The position numbers and the translations under genes are program-made. Source: Xylographa opegraphella (Eukaryota). Taken from it: a DNA stretch of 64,000 nucleotides. Below the pieces are notes generated by a model, which was not told where the DNA came from, did not search any database, and worked only from the letters and a program-made list of their open reading frames with translations. How positions within the stretch are numbered: the first letter of the stretch is position 1; each line of letters opens with the position of its first letter. This document shows, piece by piece, positions 60,432 through 64,000 of the stretch. The stretch covers positions 62,001 through 126,000 of the forward strand of contig JALDZX010000038.1 of NCBI GenBank assembly GCA_022813865.1, written 5' to 3'.

Positions 60432-61926
60432 ATGGACAAAGGCGCTCCGTTGGGAGGGGATCAGAACAGAGGACCAACGCTCATCGCCGTCTCGTGGGCA
60501 TGGGCCGTCGTGTCCACGGTCCTCGTCGCCCTCCGTTTCTACTCCCGCATCAGGTTCGCCCGGAGGCTGTGGCACGACGATTGGTGGATACTGATCTCTC
60601 TGGTATGCTACAGCCTCGCGCTGCCCAGCCAGGAAAAGCCGCTGACCGATAACATCCCAGATCCTCACGCTCACATTCACCATCCTCTGGACCATCTACG
60701 CCACCATCGGCGGCTGCCGCCACATCTTCTACCTGAGCACCACGCAGTGGTACTCGCTCACCAAGATCAACTGGATCTCGCAGCCCTTCTGCGTCATGGC
60801 CATCGCCAGCGGCAAGGTCTCCGTCGCCTACCTCATCCTGCGCCTCCAGGCCCCGTGCAAGTGGCGGACCGGCCTGCTCTACTTTATCGCCGCAAGCGCC
60901 GTCGTCTTCGGCGCCGTGGACTGCGTCATCACTTTTGCTCAGTGCTCGCCCGCCTACGCCCTGTGGACGGCGGACGTCGCTGCGTCTTGCTGGTCGACGG
61001 ACGTGCTGACCGACTACGCCTTGGCGCTGACGGGTTACCTCCCCTCCCTTTTTCCAGCCATGGGCCCTCCCGACCGCAGCTGCTGACCCGGGAAAACAGT
61101 ATACTACGCCCTGCTCGACATCGCGCTCGCCCTCATCCCCATCTCCTTCGTATGCAGTCTGCAGCTGAGCGCGCGGAAGAAACTGAGCATCTGCCTGTTG
61201 CTCAGCTTGGGCCTCCTGTGAGTGAGCGAGCCCGCGAGGAAATTCCCCTATTCCCCCGGCTTATCTCACCCCCTTCGGACCGCTGACCGACTACACCGCA
61301 GGGCGGGCGTATGCGCATTCATCAAGATGACCAAGATCCCAGAGCTGGGCGCGCGGGACGATACAACGTGTAAGCCATGCCCGCCCCAGCCCTTTGCTAT
61401 GCTATATTGCCCCGTCCTAACACCAGCAGGGAACACCACCGACCTCTTCATCTGGAACGCGTCCGTCCCCCCTCCCCCTTCCCCCTCTTTCCCCCCTCTA
61501 TAGACTAACCCCCCTTCCCACCACCACAGCAACGAAATCAACCTCGTCATCATCGCCGCCTGCATCCCCTCCCTGCGGCCCCTGCTCGCCTCCCTCCGCG
61601 GCGACGGTCCCGCCTCCGCGCCCTCCTCCTCGCGTGCGCGCTCGGCGTCTACGTCGCGCAATCGCTTTATCCCCGTCGTTGTGCTGCCGTATGATCGCTT
61701 TCATGCGCTGGGTACGCGGGACGGACACGTTGGTGGTGGTGGTGGTGGTGGTGATGGGAGGGAGCGGTATGCGTGGAGCGAGGCCGGAGCCGATGGGGAT
61801 AGCGAGAAGGGGGCTTTGGCTCTGCAGGGGGTGGGGCTAGGCGTGGAGATGGCGCGGCGGCCTCCGGAAGGGGACGGAGGGTGGAAGGGCCCGGATAGGA
61901 GCGGAGTTGTGGGCTTGGCGTATTGA
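60432..61926 (+). CDS. PTH11-like integral membrane protein (fungal rhodopsin-type 7TM, no CFEM domain)
   Basis: Six exons. VALRFYSR, LWHDDW, GKVSVAYLILRL, QCSP..ALW, DIALALIP, LSLGLLAGVCAFIK and EINLVIIAACIPSLRPL. Confidence 0.88.
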
Positions 61927-62410
61927 AGCGCGCGAGCAAGGCCGGGGCTATGTGTGATGTGTAGGAGCGAAGTAATCAAGGATTTAGGAAAAGAGCGATA
62001 TGTGTCCCCGCCAGACGGCAAGACTGTGAAGAAACCCGTATTACGCCCCCCCCTGATTTTGTAAGTACGAAATCATCCACCATCCACTTTCCTCTGTCCC
62101 TGCATACCTACGAAGCGGAACCCTACTTCGCGTTTTCAAGAGGGCCTAGAGGCTGGGGGTGGGGGTTGGAGGCCGTATTTTTTTCTTTGTTTTTTTGTTA
62201 CGTGGTCTGGATGGATGGGAGAGATAGAGAAAAGAGAAAAAAGAGGGTTTGGGATTTTTCTTTCTTCGGGTGGAGGGAGGGGGCTTGGAATTGTAGGTTT
62301 TGATGGATATGGATGGTACGCCTTTGCTGCTTCGCTGGTTCGCTGTGTGTGCCGGAGGGGAGGGGAAAGGAGGGGATATAGTTGCGGGGGTGGACTCTGC
62401 TCTCTCTCTT

Positions 62411-62438
62411 ACACATACACACACACACACACACACAC
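62411..62438. repeat. (AC)n microsatellite, about 14 units with one interruption
   Basis: ACACATACACACAC..., read directly; preceded by a short (CT)n run. Confidence 0.95.
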
Positions 62439-62498
62439 CCACGCACCAGAGAAGCCCGGCTTCAAACTCCCACCAGAGAGCACGAAAGGGCAACAAAA

Positions 62499-62533
62499 CA
62501 CAATCACAATCACAATCACAATCACAATCACAA
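62499..62533. repeat. (CACAAT)n hexamer repeat, 5 perfect copies plus a partial
   Basis: Read directly from the sequence. Confidence 0.95.
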
Positions 62534-63092
62534 CCACCCTACAGCAAGAAAACGCGCACCAAAAGCCAGCAGCTAAACCATACCCCATTTTCTTTCACAC
62601 GCGCGCGTCTATGTACAGCTAGCTATCTAGCTAAGGTACCTAAGTAGCTGGAAGAAAGAGCCAGGGCCCAGGGGGAGAAGTTAACAGATACCAAGGTAAG
62701 CAGTCGAGAAAGCCCACCGGCCCGCAAGTAGCACAGTTGCTTGAGGACGTACACATAGCATCCCCCAAAGCCGAAGGATGCATTGCAATTGTAAACGCCG
62801 TCGCTTCGGGATGCGGGAGGCGACTACTACCTAATCCACGGGGAAGTGGAAATCCAGGGCACATGCGAATCCGCCAGACCAAGCCCCATCAGCGTAAGCC
62901 GCGCTCAAGCGCGCGCCGGAGCTAGTCTGCGCTCAGTGAAGAGGGGGGGGGGGAAATATTTCGAGGGGTATCATCGCTCTTATTACTACCTAAGGTAGGG
63001 TGGGTGGACGGACGCCATTGCAGCAACTGGAGCTTGATACATTAAGATTCGGGGTCGCGTGCCATCGTGGAAGAACATGACGCCGACGCCGT

Positions 63093-63980
63093 TCAGGCCC
63101 ACTTGCCGAGCAAGGCCATCAGACCTAGGCGGGGAGGGGTTGTCAGCCGATGGACACCGTGTCGCGCAGTTGCAATATATTGCTTACCAGCACCCAAGCA
63201 CATCACCCCAAACGCCGACAGCACGACCCGCAGCCTCGCCCTCCGCATCACCTCGCTGAACATGAACTCGTGAGCCATCAACTCGACCAGGCCGGTGTAG
63301 ATGAGAATGCCGGCCGAGATGGAGTCGAAGACCCCATTGACGATGAGGGCCGTCTGGCTGCCAGGCGCGTAAGAGTTCCGGACCCCGAGCCCAACGGCCA
63401 AGGACAGCGGAGTGCTGACTGCGTACGCGATCCCCATCCAGTACGGGGTGTACTTCTTGTTCTTCGGCCACGGCGTCGCCGCAAGCCGCGATCCCAGGCC
63501 GAGGCCTTCAAAGGTCTGGTGGAAGACGAGCACGACGTAGAGGGTGGCGAACTCGTCCCCGGCGACGGCGAGAGTGAGGCCGACGAAGATGGAGTGGAAG
63601 ATGACGCCGAATTCGAGGATGAAGATTGCGGTCATCTGCGCCGCGAAGAGATCGGTTTGTTTGTCCTTGTTGACTTCCAGGTCGTGATCGGCGTGCTCCC
63701 GCGTATGTCCAAGGTGATCGTTGCCGGGTGTGTGTCCGCTCGCATCGGAAGTGGTCCGGCCCTGCAGCGGAAGCGTGGCAGCGGTGTTGAGAGTCTGAGC
63801 GTGAGAATGACCATCGTCCTGATGGTGGGGCTGGCCAAAAGTCGAGAATCGCATCGCCATCAATTCGGTGAAGAAGAGGATGAAGATGGTCATCAGAGCA
63901 ATGCCTTCTGCCCAATCGTACTCTGTTATCGGCCCGGTGAGGCATGGATCCGTCAGAGCATCGCATGCAGGTGCGAGTAG
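63093..63980 (-). CDS. ZIP-family zinc transporter (Zrt/Zrf type), 5' part beyond the window edge
   Basis: His-rich loop HHQDDGHSH, LEFGVIFHSIFVGLTL, FHQTFEGLGLGSRL, DSISAGILIYTGLVEL and LGKWA. Splice acceptor at 63981 and a final intron near 63126-63187. Confidence 0.95.
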   Translation of the reverse strand, partial: LLAPACDALTDPCLTGPITEYDWAEGIALMTIFILFFTELMAMRFSTFGQPHHQDDGHSHAQTLNTAATLPLQGRTTSDASGHTPGNDHLGHTREHADHDLEVNKDKQTDLFAAQMTAIFILEFGVIFHSIFVGLTLAVAGDEFATLYVVLVFHQTFEGLGLGSRLAATPWPKNKKYTPYWMGIAYAVSTPLSLAVGLGVRNSYAPGSQTALIVNGVFDSISAGILIYTGLVELMAHEFMFSEVMRRARLRVVLSAFGVMCLGAGKQYIATARHGVHRLTTPPRLGLMALLGKWA

Positions 63981-64000
63981 CTAGGGGGGGTTTAGCATCA

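Noticed and set aside
42783..63980. Horizontally transferred island or secondary-metabolite cluster suggested by higher GC
   Set aside because: The genes are ordinary intron-bearing fungal families, there is no PKS, NRPS, terpene synthase or recombinase, and the GC shifts occur inside conserved genes.

Overview
Gene-dense 64 kb window from a filamentous ascomycete (Pezizomycotina) genome, with short GT-AG introns and CTRAC branch points. About 30 protein-coding genes can be reconstructed by splicing by eye. Most are conserved housekeeping genes: a LYR protein, ILV1, RCF1, succinate-semialdehyde dehydrogenase, two SDRs, an Mtc4-like protein, NOP7, folylpolyglutamate synthase, a Rab5 GTPase, an ABHD12-like hydrolase, Swc3-like, Sso syntaxin, NPT1, SYM1, eIF4E, an ACSF3-like ligase, BolA, RPS2, Pol kappa, an F-box protein, an Ato/Ady2 transporter, an AKR, MEMO1, an RPEL protein, a PTH11-like receptor and a ZIP transporter. 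Non-genic features are a 449-bp TA-flanked Tc1/mariner-derived element with 36-bp perfect TIR cores and decayed transposase ends about 150 bp upstream of NOP7; a four-intron, stop-riddled relic or spliced ncRNA at about 51-52 kb; recurrent AGGTACCT-type palindromes beside GC-rich patches; and several simple repeats. I found no rRNA, tRNA, CRISPR array or biosynthetic cluster, and no convincing new multi-gene system. All family calls come from recalled motifs, not database searches, and the findings are hypotheses to test.
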